Shown here one piece after another: positions 10,628 through 24,596 of a DNA stretch of 64,000 nt. Each line of letters opens with the position of its first letter. Positions within the stretch are counted from its first letter, which is position 1. The notes under the pieces were generated by a model that did not search any database, was not told the DNA's origin, and saw only the letters and a list, made by a program, of their open reading frames with translations. The position numbers and the translations under genes were made by a program. The stretch comes from Octopus bimaculoides (Eukaryota), in assembly GCF_001194135.2 (NCBI RefSeq), contig NC_068990.1, positions 94,094,370 to 94,158,369 on the forward strand, read 5' to 3'.

Positions 10628-13600
10628 ATCTTAGACACCTTCTACACAAGATTCTCTCAATACAGTAACACATCCTAGATATGATCTAGGACAGACATCT
10701 CTTAAATGATTTTCCCCAATACTAGATGATCTGCACTGCCCATAATCTAAACAGTCAACCCTTAATGCTCAAGGGCAATGCTAAAAACAGCACCACAATG
10801 ACCAATAAAACTATAAAAATCTGTCTATCTACAGAAGCGGACCTAGTGGTGGGATAAAAAAAATTTGCAGGAAATTTTCTGAAAAGCCAACAATACAACA
10901 TTTTTTTGGCAGTGGCACAAAGCCAAATCTTTGCAGGGAATAAATATAGTGGAATGACTCAACAATAGTACATTACTGGTATGTGTTTTACCAACAGGTG
11001 TGATATGAAAAGAGGAAAGGAAAAAAAAACCCCACCTAAAACAGATTTGGATTTAGAATGCAAAAAAAATGCCATTGATGTAGTACCAAAGTTCAAAGAA
11101 TTTGGCAATCTGATATCACATGGAAACAAACTGTTGCAGCACTGTTGATACGAGCACTGAACCAATTCAATCCTGGCACCATCACATACAAAAATATAAA
11201 CCAGTGCCATTCCTCCCAGAAAGCAAAAAGGAATGTATATTCTACATCTGATGTATAAAATGTTTGGAAAATGGCAAAACTCAATGTTGTCAGTAACAGG
11301 TGAACCAGTACTTGACAAAAATGATAACAATCTAAATAAAGAGCCAGGCTTGCAAATAGAACAGTAAAAACATACAGGGACACAATATGTTTCTATTCCA
11401 CATGCATAATTTGCAGCAACACACTAACCATAAAATGAAACTCTGACCATATACTCATATAAAATTTCAAAAAGAAAATAGATCACTGGACTCAAACCAA
11501 CTAATTTAAGAAGATAGATTTCCAAAGTGAAAACAGTAGAAATTGCAACAGAACATGTCTAAAAGAAGAATACACCATGATAACATAAATATCAAACATA
11601 AAATGGCTGACAAAAATAAAAACATTGAGAACACAAACCATAAAAAGAAGACTAAAATGTATAAAACAAATGAAGTAAATAAAAGTAGATTTGTAGGAGA
11701 CCTACAGACTGCTGATCAACGAGAGGTAAACCAGAGCAAAGCAAGCATAACTGGAAATATAAGAAAATATGAATGAGACTGAACAATAGGGAATTCTAAA
11801 CAAAGGTGAGTTTCTGGGAGTTACTGGGTCTTTTAAAGTCCATACTGATCCCTACTAACCACACAATTTTGGTCACCTATGCAATGACCATCTGCCTATA
11901 CTGAGCTAGAAAAAGAAGCAAGCCAGAGTTATATGTCAATACCAATGTCCCTGGCCGTGGCCTCTGCATCACACTGGTTCATGAACCAAAGCACAATCTA
12001 TGGCACTAAAACTCAGCCTTGGTCTTGAAGACCAAGCAGATACTTCCACATGCTCGGTTACAGCCAACAGCAAGGACAGTGTCTCACATGGCAATCAAAT
12101 ATTCTTTTACTTGCTTTGTTGGGGATACACTGAAAGCCCCTCCATTTTTCAAGGGGTACAAGCATGAACATTTTTTCTCTACACTCTTTTGTGACATTGT
12201 TCTTCTTCCCCTGACTGGATTTCATTTAAACCCCACAGAATTGCCTAGTTTTGACAAAACTGCAAAGTGTGTGTGTGTGTACGTGCATGCGCACGCATAC
12301 CTTAGCCAAAACTACAACTCACAACGTTGTCACAAATGTCACAATGTTGTTTTGTTGCTTTTTTTTTTTAATTCTAGAATGTGTGCTTTGCTGTAAAATA
12401 TTTGGGTTCATTTCCATTTGTCTTTTATAGTGAGATACATGCATGCATCATAGACGAAACAAAAAAATTAGCAAAAGAGTTTTTTTAATAATATCAGAAT
12501 AAAATAGGGAAGACACAAACTAGGAAGTAACAGGTATTATAAAACAGCAGATATCATGAAGGCTTTTGGAATTGACAGTGTGCCAAATATTTAGCCAAAA
12601 TATCTAAAAAGAACTGGCAGAACATTTTTTTAAAGTATCAGCCATGGAAGCATCTACGTAGTTACAAACAGAAAACTCATTTGAAGCCTTACAAATAAAA
12701 AATTTTAAATGAAGAAATATCAGATTCCCAAAACTACAGGTCAAAACTAGCCTGTCTACAACTTATAAGATTTCTTTTAGTGTAACTGTCAGAATCACTT
12801 CCTACATTTGGGTTCCAACCAATTTGTAGTAGCATGTAACAAAAATTAAATGCTTATCATCATAATAGGAGGGTCTAAAAAAAAAACAAAAAACATTCAG
12901 ATACATTGATAATTACAAATTCTTTTTTTTCTCCTACCATTTTAGAGAAGCTATATTTACAAATATAAATTGCATAGCAGAAAAGTATTTTGTTTTTTAT
13001 TTTTTCCCCTTTTTGTTTGCAAAATGAATTTGAATAAAAAAAATTAAAGTACACAACACTGCAGGCTGCAGTGAAGAGATTTATTGAGCTCTATTTCATG
13101 TAATATTATAATTGTTGTTGTTGTTACTGATAACAGCATAAATTAAAACGTGTATAGATATCTATCAAGGATTAAACAGGGAAATTAGGTTTCAAAAAAC
13201 AAATTCTCATTTTTGGTGAAATTATTTCTTTTTAAAATAAACACAAAGTTCTGATGTTAAATATTCCTAGAGATGAAAATTTGCAACCTTCATACACTTG
13301 ATTTTCTCAAAGCTAATCAACTTGGAATCAAAACAAAGCTGTGATTCTATTTGTTGGAAACTCAGAGAAACTTATCACATAAAATTAAATGGAAAAGAAG
13401 CATTTTTTTGAAAGAATAAAACATTTCTAAAAGTAAATTCTGTGAAAGGGAAAGGAAGAAGGGCAACATCAGCATTGTTTCAAGATATACTTTTCCATGT
13501 CAAATAAGTATTAATATTATTGATTATTTAAATGACTGAATGATTGGTTTTACAGAGATTTCATCTGAAAATGGCATTAAGCTTACTTTATTACTCTTTT

Positions 13601-15512
13601 AAAGAAAAAATCTACTCAAAATTTTATTACTGTTAACTATGGAAAGCAATTTTATCTTTTGTAGAGGTATGCCAGATTTCAAATTAGTTTTTGCTAAGGT
13701 CTATCAAAATTTATTATGAGGCAATGGGACTCACAGAAAATACAAATTCTATTTTTTGGTAGACAATCAACGTCAATGCTAGAATCCTCCTCCTCCTCCT
13801 CATTTTTACATCCAATATTTCATGCTTGCATGGGTTAGATAAAGTTCATTGAAGCAGGTTTTCTATAACCAGATGCCCTTTCAGTCACCAACTCTCATCC
13901 GTTTCCATGCAAAATAATTGGACTCAAATCTTCTAAAAGTTTTCTAGCAGGCAATGTAACATCATCAGCAGCAGCAACAACAACAAAATGGAACAATTCA
14001 ATAATTCTTTTTATAGGAACTAAGTGAATGCACAGTAAAGTATTTATTTTTGGCCACTTAATTTAAAACTGAATGGGATTTCTTTTTCTAAAATTAAACA
14101 AATAAAGACAAACAAAACCAAAAAATTATAATCTATTATAATGATACTAAAGCTCATTTATAGACAGGTGTATATAGATAGGTTATTAGTACAACGTATA
14201 GGAATGTAGGACATACATGGGTGTGTGTGTGTGTATGACATATAGGGATGTGTGAGTGTTTGTATGTTGTACAAGTATGCTTATACAACATACATGGATG
14301 TATGTGTTTGTATGTTATATGGCTGAGTGTGTGTGTGTGTGTCTGTGTGTGTGTGTGTCTGTGTGTGTTGATAGTAGCTAGTTTTTGAATATTTTGTCTA
14401 GAGAATTGGCAGAGTTATTTACATGTCAAACAGAATGCTGCATGGTATTTGTTCTGATTCTCTGTGCTCTGAGTTCAAATCTTGCCAAAGTCAATTTTGC
14501 CTTTCATCCTGTCAGGGTTGATAAAAAGGTACCAAACTAAAGCAGGTTATTAGCAGAACTGGAAGACAATGCCTTGTAGTATTTGTTCCAGCTTGTTGCA
14601 TTCTTAATTTGCAATCCCACCATGACCTATTTGGATAGCAGACTCGACTCCTTGCCCAGTTTAACATCCCACCTGGTATTCAGGTGCCTTTTGGAATTTA
14701 TTCTTTTGGAAGCCGGGTTTTGGGTCCATCATTAAAATTCCTCCCTTCTACTAGTCTTGGCTTCCTAAAAAGGGTCATGGGCAAAGTTTTGGTCAACTGA
14801 TTAAAAAGATCATTTGTGGAAAAGAGTGAAATTGGTTCTAAAAAAAGTCTATGACTTGGACACATTCTTACAGTAAATAATTGCAAAGAGTGAGAAAGTG
14901 CAAGATCTGTTCCTAAGGAATTATGAAAACATCTGAATACACTGAACAATCCAACTTGTGGAAAGAAAAAAAAATCAAAAGCAGTAAAATCAGATGCAAA
15001 AATATCAGCAAAAATAGAAAGAATCATTCCAGAAATATTTGACTTCTTCATTGGTTAAAATTCCCAATAGTCTGAAATAGAAATATTTCTAGTATGTGTG
15101 AGAAAATCTATTTTCAGATTCAGCTTAGTGATAAAAATATCGTGAACAATTGTTGTGGTTTTGTTTTTAGAGCTGTTTCAATATTCCTGAACAAACCAAT
15201 TATAGAAAATTGATTTATATTTTGAGAGTGATACTAAAATCTGTAACATTGCACTATCATTAATAATGAATTTACAACCAGCTCCAAATGCAAGTTGATG
15301 CAGTGAACTGCAGAGTAAATAAGCAAGCAAATACTGAAGCGTAAACACTGAATTTCACCTGTGCAGCAAATTCAATGAAGTTTTAAGTTGGTTTAATTAT
15401 AGCAACAGGGACAAAACTTTTACTTTGTTTCGAAGCCATGTACTTGGCAAAAGCAAAATATCTAAAAGAAACTGTTAAAAAGTAATAAAAAAGACAATGG
15501 GATCAGCTATGA

Positions 15513-15706
15513 CCCTTTTGGTATCAATTTACCTGAGGCTGATCCCTGGCTCTATCGTATAAACTTGTTTTAAAGTGACCTAAATTAAAGCCTTATCGTT
15601 AATTTATATTCCAAACACCAGAATAATAATGACAAATTTATTTTACTAAATACTTTGTTATTTTCAAAATTAATTGACACAAAGCAGAAATATGGTAACG
15701 AAAGGG
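15513..15706. mobile_element. TTAA-type (piggyBac-like) MITE
   Basis: Right end GTAACGAAAGGG|TTAA (15701-15710); degenerate left end CCCTTTTGGTATC; related ends at about 18430-18565 and 59935-60150. Confidence 0.5.
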
Positions 15707-16099
15707 TTAAAATTTTAGTTGACTTTCAGCTTGAGAGAAGGGTAAGTTGTTTCTTTTTCTTCTTGCAGCGATTTGTAGGAAGGCTATTTGTAGCCCAGTG
15801 GTCAGGACTCAGAGTCATAATCTCATGAGTTTGACTCCCCTGTACCAAATGATACATTGTCACTTTGAGCAAGGCACTTCCTTTCGTGCTACTCCAGTCT
15901 ACTAAGATAAAAACGGGTAGCACTCTTCCAATGATACAACCTTCCCTCCAGATGTCCTCGATGCTGGACTTTGACTACATTGGTACCTAATTAGTGAAAG
16001 CAAGGCACATGCAACCAGGTTATACTGACTTGCGAGTGATGGCTAAAGTAGTCGCTTGGTTACTTTATTGGATTGTTCAGGTTGTGTCCATTGCCATCA

Positions 16100-16330
16100 T
16101 AGGCTCTCTGAGAATGAAAGATCAAGATGGTTAATGTTCCTCTTGGAGGGAATTCCAGAGGGTTGTTGGCATGAAGGATTGAGTCTGGTGGTTAGTGTAA
16201 GGAGTGATGTGGATCCAACATGAGTAGTAGAAGGAAACGGCATAAGCGAATCAGCAGAAGCTGAGTAGATGTGAGGAAAGCAGCCAAGTTGCAAAAGGAC
16301 CAAAAGGAATAGAGAGAAAGGTAGAGAGAA
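16100..16330 (-). mobile_element. Degenerate 3' end of a CR1/L2-group LINE
   Basis: Minus frame TPYTNHQTQSFMPTTLWNSLQ resembles the SFFPRT..LWNSLP C-terminal motif. Confidence 0.45.
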
Positions 16331-17528
16331 AAGACATCATGGAGAATAAAGTGACTTTCAAAAGGTTTTACAACAGTAAAAACTTCATACAGAAATCAAT
16401 AACCTTTAGAGGCCATTCCAATGTGGTAAGATTGGTGTCGATTCTACAAAAAATAATGGAGGCCCTCTTTTTTGCAAGGAATTAGAAGCCTAGCTGCCCT
16501 TTGGGAGCTAAGAGCTAGCAGACCTCACGATGCAAAATGTTGTCTTCTATGTCCCTAATGGTTGTCTACATAAGATTGTAGTCGTGGGAGATTTTCTCCA
16601 AATGAGAATTCACATTTAATGTTTATCTGTTCAGATGCAAAATACCTACAACTGTAATGTTGAGGGTTGTCAGTTTGATTATGTGAGGTACACATTAGTC
16701 ATCTGCTTAGCAATATGAGGTACATTTCAGTCCAAGGTAGTCAGTATAAAACGAGCAAAACAGCAACCAGATAATTGATTTGAAAACTCAATCATAAAAT
16801 GAATTCAGTGAATAAAATGTTACAATTCAAGTTTCAGGATCTCTTGAATGTTCTTCGAGGTGTGACATCCATATAACATGCATTATGGTCTCCTTGAAGC
16901 CGATGAGTATTTTATGCGTTTTTTCCTTTTTTTAATGAAGGTACATCATATACCGACATTATAAAGGGTCATATTATATACAGCACAATGTCAATATATA
17001 GCTATTATACACTCACTTTATCAATGCTGTGTACAATTATTAGTGTTGTGTAAAAAATACTACATCCAATCCAGTTGCTTTCACACAAGAATTTTAATGT
17101 CTCAAGAGATAAGGTGCCACATTTGTTATTTGCCTCTACTCTGTGTTCCAATTATTAATAATTAGGGACCAAGAGAAGTAATGGTTTATTGATATAACCC
17201 CTTATCACAGCAACTAGTTTGTTAGCTCACAGTCCTAAATTCAAATATAATCAAAATTAAATCCAGTTGGCCATATTGGTTAAAGATATGAAAGTCTATA
17301 GAAAGAAGGAAATTTTAGTCCCAGCCCTCAATCAATAAATCTCATTCTTACAATCTCACAAGTTGACTCCACACAAACCCTTTGATTACAAGATTTGTTT
17401 TCTGAAATACACTGCAATTCTATAATAAATTTTGGTAAAATGTATTGGCAGAATCATTAGTGTATTAGACAAAGTGGTATTTTATATAGATGTGTGTGTG
17501 TGAGTGTGTGTGTGTGTGCGTGTGTGGA

Positions 17529-17893
17529 GGCGCAATGGCCCAGTGGTTAGGGCAGCGGACTCACGGTTTCGATTCACAGACCAGGCATTGTGAGTGTTTA
17601 TTGAGCAAAAACACCTAAAGCTCCACAAGGCTCCGGCAGGGGGAGGGTGGCGAACCCTGCTGTACTCTTTCGCCACAACTTTCTCTCACTCTTTCTTCCT
17701 GTTTCTCTTGTACCTGTATTTCAAAGGGCCAGCCTTGTCAAACTCTGTATCATGCTAAATCTCCCCCAAGAACTACGTTAAAGGTACACGTGTCTGTGGA
17801 GTGCTCAGCCACTTGCACATTAATTTCAAGAGCAGGCTGTTCTATTGATCGGATCAACTGGAACCCTTGTCGTCACAACCGACGGAGTGCCAC
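17529..17893 (+). mobile_element. Near-complete tRNA-derived SINE, family C
   Basis: A-box TGGCCCAGTGG, B-box-like GGTTTCGATTC, body ending GATCGGATCAACTGGAACCC...ACCGACGGAGTGCCA; several CpGs retained; flanked by (GT)n and (AT)n. Confidence 0.85.
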
Positions 17894-17896
17894 GAT

Positions 17897-17931
<35 letters not shown>

Positions 17932-17945
17932 TAATAATCGTTTCA

Positions 17946-18152
17946 ACTATAAGCACAAGGCCTGAAATTAAGGGGGGAGGGAGTAGGTCGATTACATCAA
18001 TCCTAGTGTTTCACTGGTACTTTAATTCATTGACCCTGAAAGTATGAAAAGCAAAGTCAACCTTGACAGAATTTGAACTTAAAACATAAGGACTGATGAA
18101 ATACTGCTAAGCATTTTGTCCAGCATGCTAACGATTCTATCAGCTCACTGCC
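17946..18152 (-). mobile_element. SINE family A copy (left member of an inverted pair)
   Basis: Full core from AAGCACAAGGCCTGAAATT to CAGCTCACTGCC. Confidence 0.8.
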
Positions 18153-18170
18153 TTAATGATAATGATGATG

Positions 18171-18219
<49 letters not shown>

Positions 18220-18224
18220 TCCAT

Positions 18225-18420
18225 GGATGGAATTATAGATATTTTAGTGGTATTTCTTTTCAGTTCTTTATGCTCTGGGTTCAAATTCTGCTGAGGCCAA
18301 CTTTGCCTGGGGCTGATGTAATCAACTTGCTCTCTCCCCTTAAAATTGCCAGCCTTGTGCCAAAGGGGCTGATGTAATCAACTTGCTCTCTCCCCTTAAA
18401 ATTGCCAGCCTTGTGCCAAA
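18225..18420 (+). mobile_element. SINE family A copy with an internal deletion and a perfect 56-bp tandem duplication
   Basis: TCTGGGTTCAAATTCTGCTGAGGCCAACTTTGCC; 18309-18364 equals 18365-18420 exactly. Confidence 0.8.
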
Positions 18421-19253
18421 GAAAGAATAATTAAACTGGCGTTTGCAACATAATTCAACATGCAATTTTGATAGAAGGCTTTAGATCTGGATAATTATAA
18501 AGCAGGAAATTTGCATCATAAAACACCAGGGAAGGTCTTAAGAGAGGTGAGTAACAAAGGGTTAATGGAAATAATGTGGATGGACACTTAATAGACACTA
18601 TGAAGCTTCGTATTCAGTGATCTACAACACCCATTTACTCTAAATATTAAAACATTCTCACTAAATCATTATGAAAACACTTTCAGATGTTATAAAAACA
18701 GATATAAAAGATAATGCGCTTTAGAAAGAGTGCTGTGTGTCCATCCTTAAAACTAAGAGTAGTTAAGATCTGTTAGACCAGATTAAATCTTACATGGCTA
18801 CTGGAGAATTAATAGAGCCATAGACACTTTTTCATTAAAATATATCTATTCCCTGTTACCAAACTAATCTTCTTTGAATGATCAACATCTTATTCCTTCC
18901 TTTATCCTTTCATGTATTTTTAATAATGTTGTTCTGAAAGACAGCTTAGGTTAAAGGCATTACCTTTCTGAATCTTTAATTTGAACACTTCAAGATTTCT
19001 GTACATCTGTTTATCAATGTTTTGCTTTTCTTTCTATCATCATTTTAATGTTGATTTTTTTTTTTCCTGTCCATATGGGTCAGATGGAGTTGGACTGAAG
19101 CAGATTTTCTTTAACCAGACGCCCTTCCTGCCATGAACTCTCATTTGTAAGTATTTCCCCCATCACCAGACATGTTTTTGCAGAAGACTGGAAGTAAACG
19201 ACACTGCTTGTATGACAGTGACACTCATTTACAACCACCACACGATTTCAAGA

Positions 19254-19307
<54 letters not shown>

Positions 19308-19718
19308 TCATACATATTTATATGTGATGAGCTTCTTTCAATTTTTGTCTGCCAAATCTATTCACAAAGGACTTGGTTGGCCCAGGGCTAAAATAGAAGA
19401 CACTTACTCAAGGTACCATGCAGTGGTACAAAGCTGAAACCCATGCGACTGGAAGCAAACCTATTTGTGGGCATGGGTGTATGTGTGTGTATGCATGGGT
19501 GTGTGTTTTTGCACTGACACTACAATTTCTTTATTGTAAATAACACATACATAAACTTATATACACATACATATATACGTATATACAAACGCACATATAC
19601 ACACATACGTATATACATATATACACACATATATATACAAACACACATATACATATATACACATACATACATACACACACACATACAGATATACACACAC
19701 ACATTGTATAGATATACG

Positions 19719-19750
<32 letters not shown>

Positions 19751-19926
19751 CACACATGTATCATTATCATCATTTAACATTCACCATCCATGCTAACAGG
19801 GATGGAATGGGTTGACAGGAGCCAGCCACACAAAAGCCTACACCAGACTCCTGTGATTGTTTTGGAAGGTTTTTAAAGCTGGATGCTCTTCCTAACACCA
19901 AGCACCCAGCAGAGTGGATTTAGTGC

Positions 19927-20241
19927 NNNNNNNNNNNNNNNNNNNNNNNNNNNNNNNNNNNNNNNNNNNNNNNNNNNNNNNNNNNNNNNNNNNNNNNNNN
20001 NNNNNNNNNNNNNNNNNNNNNNNNNNNNNNNNNNNNNNNNNNNNNNNNNNNNNNNNNNNNNNNNNNNNNNNNNNNNNNNNNNNNNNNNNNNNNNNNNNNN
20101 NNNNNNNNNNNNNNNNNNNNNNNNNNNNNNNNNNNNNNNNNNNNNNNNNNNNNNNNNNNNNNNNNNNNNNNNNNNNNNNNNNNNNNNNNNNNNNNNNNNN
20201 NNNNNNNNNNNNNNNNNNNNNNNNNNNNNNNNNNNNNNNNN
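19927..20241. other. Assembly gap; others at 8059-8229, 21800-22083, 36506-36515, 39527-39626, 50690-50699, 50805-50814, 53253-53262
   Basis: Runs of N, mostly next to microsatellites or homopolymers. Confidence 1.
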
Positions 20242-20252
20242 TATATATATAT

Positions 20253-20286
<34 letters not shown>

Positions 20287-20676
20287 ACACATACATACAT
20301 ACATACATACATACATACACAAATCTTCCTCTTTTCCCCAACCACACAATTTTTATTCTCACCTTTGTCTCTTTACATTTCGGTTATCGTCTTTCAAATT
20401 TTTCTTTACCAGCTGTAACCTTTAACATCATTTGTTTGTCTGCCTGTGTCTCTTCCAGTTATGCTATTTCACACACACACACACACACACATTCTTTATA
20501 TTACGAAAGCTATCTTTGTAAACTATAGTCCACTATTACAGGATCATCTATGATAGATTACACACCAAACAGAAAGAATAGCATGACCAGAACCGTTTCT
20601 TTGTTAGAAGATACCAAGTGAAACTTACCAACAGCAACTAAGATTACAATGTATTTGACAATCAAAATAATTCTCT

Positions 20677-20719
<43 letters not shown>

Positions 20720-21379
20720 ACATATATATATAACATTGGAAATTTACTGCTTAATTCTTTAATGTTTCCCACTGCAGTCAATTCAAAAGGGGGGAGGGGT
20801 AAAATTCAGTTTCAAAATTGGGTCAGGAAGAATCATTTGTCTCAAACGTGTTATGTCGATAATGAAAACATGTCAAAGAGAAATGGAACAAACAGAAACA
20901 GAGCACCATGAGCGAGTAAAGGTAAAGTCAATCTTTTCTGTAGGTGCAAGCATGGTTGTCTGATTAAGGAACTCTCTTTGGAACCATGTGGTTTCAGGTT
21001 CAGTCCCACTGCACAGCATTGTCTTCTACCATCACCCTTGGTTGAGCAATGCTTTTTCAGTGAACTTGGCAGATGGAAACTGTATGGAAGACCATTGTTT
21101 ATATGTCTGTGTGTCTTTGTACTAGTGTCTGTCCCACCACCACATGATAATAGGTGTTAGTTTGTTTATGTTCTGTAACTCAGTGGTTTGACAAAAGAGA
21201 CTAATAGAATATTACCAGACTTAAAAACAATGAATACTGGAGTTGATTTGTTTAACTAAGCCCTTGAAGTTGGTGCCCCAACATGGCCACTGTCCAATGC
21301 CTGAAACAAGTGAAATGATGATAGAAATAAGGAAGTTCATTCCACTGCATTCATTCAGGAACAACATAGCTTTTTGTTC

Positions 21380-21412
<33 letters not shown>

Positions 21413-22299
21413 TCAAGCTTGTTACCAAGCAAAACAGGTATTTCCTTCTTTTGTTTTCACTATTTTCTCTTTCCTCCATTTTCCCTTTCACTCCATCTAC
21501 TTTCAAAATTTGTCACAATTGCATTAATATAACACGTAATTCAAACCAGAAAAGAAAAAAAACAGTAACAAAGCTATCTCTGGGCTATATAACATATATA
21601 AATCTTACCCCTAAAAGAAGAAAATAAAAAGAAAAGGAAAAAAAGAAAAAGAAAATCAAAAAGAATAAAGAATCCGTAATTATTGCCCTGACAGTAGCAA
21701 ACAATTGGTTTATTTTATTGGTACTTTTTTTTTTGTGAACTAAAAAGCCAAACTGAAGAAATATCAAGTACAAAAATACAAAAAGTAAAATGAATAAAAN
21801 NNNNNNNNNNNNNNNNNNNNNNNNNNNNNNNNNNNNNNNNNNNNNNNNNNNNNNNNNNNNNNNNNNNNNNNNNNNNNNNNNNNNNNNNNNNNNNNNNNNN
21901 NNNNNNNNNNNNNNNNNNNNNNNNNNNNNNNNNNNNNNNNNNNNNNNNNNNNNNNNNNNNNNNNNNNNNNNNNNNNNNNNNNNNNNNNNNNNNNNNNNNN
22001 NNNNNNNNNNNNNNNNNNNNNNNNNNNNNNNNNNNNNNNNNNNNNNNNNNNNNNNNNNNNNNNNNNNNNNNNNNNNNNNNNNNATATATATATATATATA
22101 TAAATATATATGAGCAAACACACCAGTTACTCTCCTATGGAATATTTTAGGCAAAAAACAAATTATATATATATATAAATAGAACAATATTACTCAGAAA
22201 GAGAGGAATTAACAAAACACCTTTAGAAAGAAGTGAATCATAGAGGAAGTATTTTTTTTTAACAGACAAGGGTCTTTTACAAGTGCTGAAGAGACTAAC

Positions 22300-22338
<39 letters not shown>

Positions 22339-22452
22339 ATGTGTGTGAGTGTATATATGTGTGTGTGTGTATGTGTGTGTGTATATATATGTGTGTATGC
22401 ATATGTGTGTGTGTATATATGTGTGTATATATATGTGTGTATATATATATGC

Positions 22453-22486
<34 letters not shown>

Positions 22487-24522
22487 ATGTATATATTTAT
22501 ATATGTGTGTGTGTGTGTGCACGCACATATACATATGCCCACACACACACACACAGTTTCTCTCAGTGTAGTAGGTTATTTTATTGAAGTTCTGAAGGAG
22601 CTTTTAGTTTTATAGCAAATATTTAAACTAAAAATCTTACACATCTTAATTGTTCGTAAAGTTTAATTGGACTATTAACGCTTTCTGTCTCTTCTTTTTC
22701 CTCTTTCCATGACACTGCAGTCTGTAATCATCTTTCAGTGCCATATTTCACATTGACACTTTCACCTTGAAAGATTAAAGTAAACAAATTGAAGCAAAAA
22801 GGATACATCATCATCATCATCATCATCATGCTTCACATACGGGCATGGGTGGAAAGAGTCATCTTGGTCCGTAACATTCTGATTTGAAGTTACTGCTCTC
22901 CTAAATGAATTGGATAACCATGCATTTGATTTTCGGGCTTGGTGTCTCTGGTTGGATGCTCATCATTTCATCAACAAACTGACAGAGTGTACCAAGTGCA
23001 TTTTATCAGATTGTCAGAACTACAGAGATTGTGAAGTCCTACGCAAGACATGACTAATGCTTCTTTTGAGTGTATTGAATGCATTTATCATGACAACCAG
23101 TTTACAGCAAGACAAGGAAGTTCTCACAACTGTTTCATCTCGTTTATTCCAGACAAAGACCAATAGAGTAGAAGAGTTGACAATTGCAGGCAGTGAACTA
23201 AGATAATAAGAAGAAACCAGCTAAGACTGCCACCCTGTGAGATTGAACCTGCAACTTGATAACTATGAGGTGGACTTTTTATATACCACAACACTGAACA
23301 AGAGCAATGGGCAACACTCAGCCAACCATGCTTGCAACTTGTCTTATCAGGCTCCCTTTCAGTTTCTCTATTACTAACACAGATTAATGGAAGTCAGATT
23401 AAAGATAAAAAGACAAAGTGATTCCATAATTGGTCAAGTTGAATAAAAATTCTGTATGGATAAACTGAACCACAGGTGGATACCCACATCATAATAAAGC
23501 CAATTAAAAGGGCCAAGAAATAACTACAAAAAAGGCAGGACATGACACTGTGAAAGAAAATCAAAACTGTTGCCAGTTATAAGGAAGGAAAATAAAACAT
23601 TAGGATGACACAAGCAAGTTACATGACTAACTTTCTTAAGAAAGATTTATCAATACAATTTTAAACTACCTCCTCTGCTCTAAACCTACATGGAGAAGGT
23701 TTAAAAGATACAATTGTTTAAAACAGCCCACCTTCCTTCCTCTCACTCAATCATTCTCTAACAAATATCCTCTTCGTTTTTACTCCACGTTATCATTATT
23801 TACATTCCAAGTTCAACTCCTGCTGAAGTCAACTTAGCCTTTCACCCTTTAGGGGGTCAATAAATTACAGGGATCTTTGTGGTTATCATCACTGTCTACA
23901 ATTTTGTTCCAATTGTTTCCAAATTTGGTGTATGGATTAAGTTTTGTATACTAATTATGAAAATGAAATTCCCTCTAAGTTCATAATTAAAAAGTTATTA
24001 GCCTTTAAAATTTGCAAAATCTGAGTATTTAGGTCAATCAGAAGCAAGTATTTTTCACATCACCTTGAAGTTCTGTGAGCATATTAAGCAAAGAAGCACC
24101 ATGTGTTCCATAGCTGATTGTGATGAACTCTATTTCCATAGTAACCAAAGATGCTATGCATGTGCACAAAGAGTGTAAACAAGGACTGCATACAACACTC
24201 AGTTCTTCCAGTTCTACACATACACACATATATAGATATACATATATATATATATATATATATACACAGACATACTGACACACATACATATACACACATA
24301 TACATAAATACACAAATACATATTTTACACACATACATATACATACGTATATATACATACACACAGATATTAGCATTAGCAATCAGCCCATTCTCACACA
24401 TCATCACGATACACATCCGTAGCCAGCGCAAAGTATCTCACAGACATTAACCAATAATGCTTCTGATAGAGTTACTTTCTTAAATTGCACCAAAGTGAGT
24501 GAAGAAAATTATTTTTGGCCAG

Positions 24523-24596
24523 AAGAGTTTTAGATTACGAAGCTAAAGACATGCCTGATGATAAAAAAATAATAAAAAGTGCAGCAGTTTGTTCAG
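24523..24596 (+). CDS. Weak candidate exon (RVLDYEAKDMPDDKKIIKSAAVCS)
   Basis: ttttggccAG acceptor, strong CAG|GTAAGT donor, frame open over 74 nt with a stop just upstream; phase-compatible with 28712-28762. Confidence 0.2.

Noticed and set aside
14698-15051. 117-aa minus-strand ORF MKKSNISGMILS...
   Set aside because: Runs through a poly-T tract (FDFFFF), has no recognisable domain, and the complementary strand shows broken coding-like frames; treated as chance or decayed TE.
15730-15741. 12-nt plus-strand microexon-like CTTGAGAGAAGG with GTAAGT donor
   Set aside because: Short pyrimidine tract, wedged between a MITE end and a SINE; several such chance hits are expected in 64 kb.
17529-17600. 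tRNA-like heads with A and B boxes (also 8889-8960, 10035-10100, 23230-23300)
   Set aside because: These are SINE heads continuing into repeat bodies; no complete cloverleaf, so no tRNA gene is called.
20629-20921. Minus donor TTG|GTAAGT at 20628 and plus open frame ...CQREMEQTETEHHERVK|GTAAAG
   Set aside because: No convincing acceptors and not phase-compatible with neighbouring candidates.
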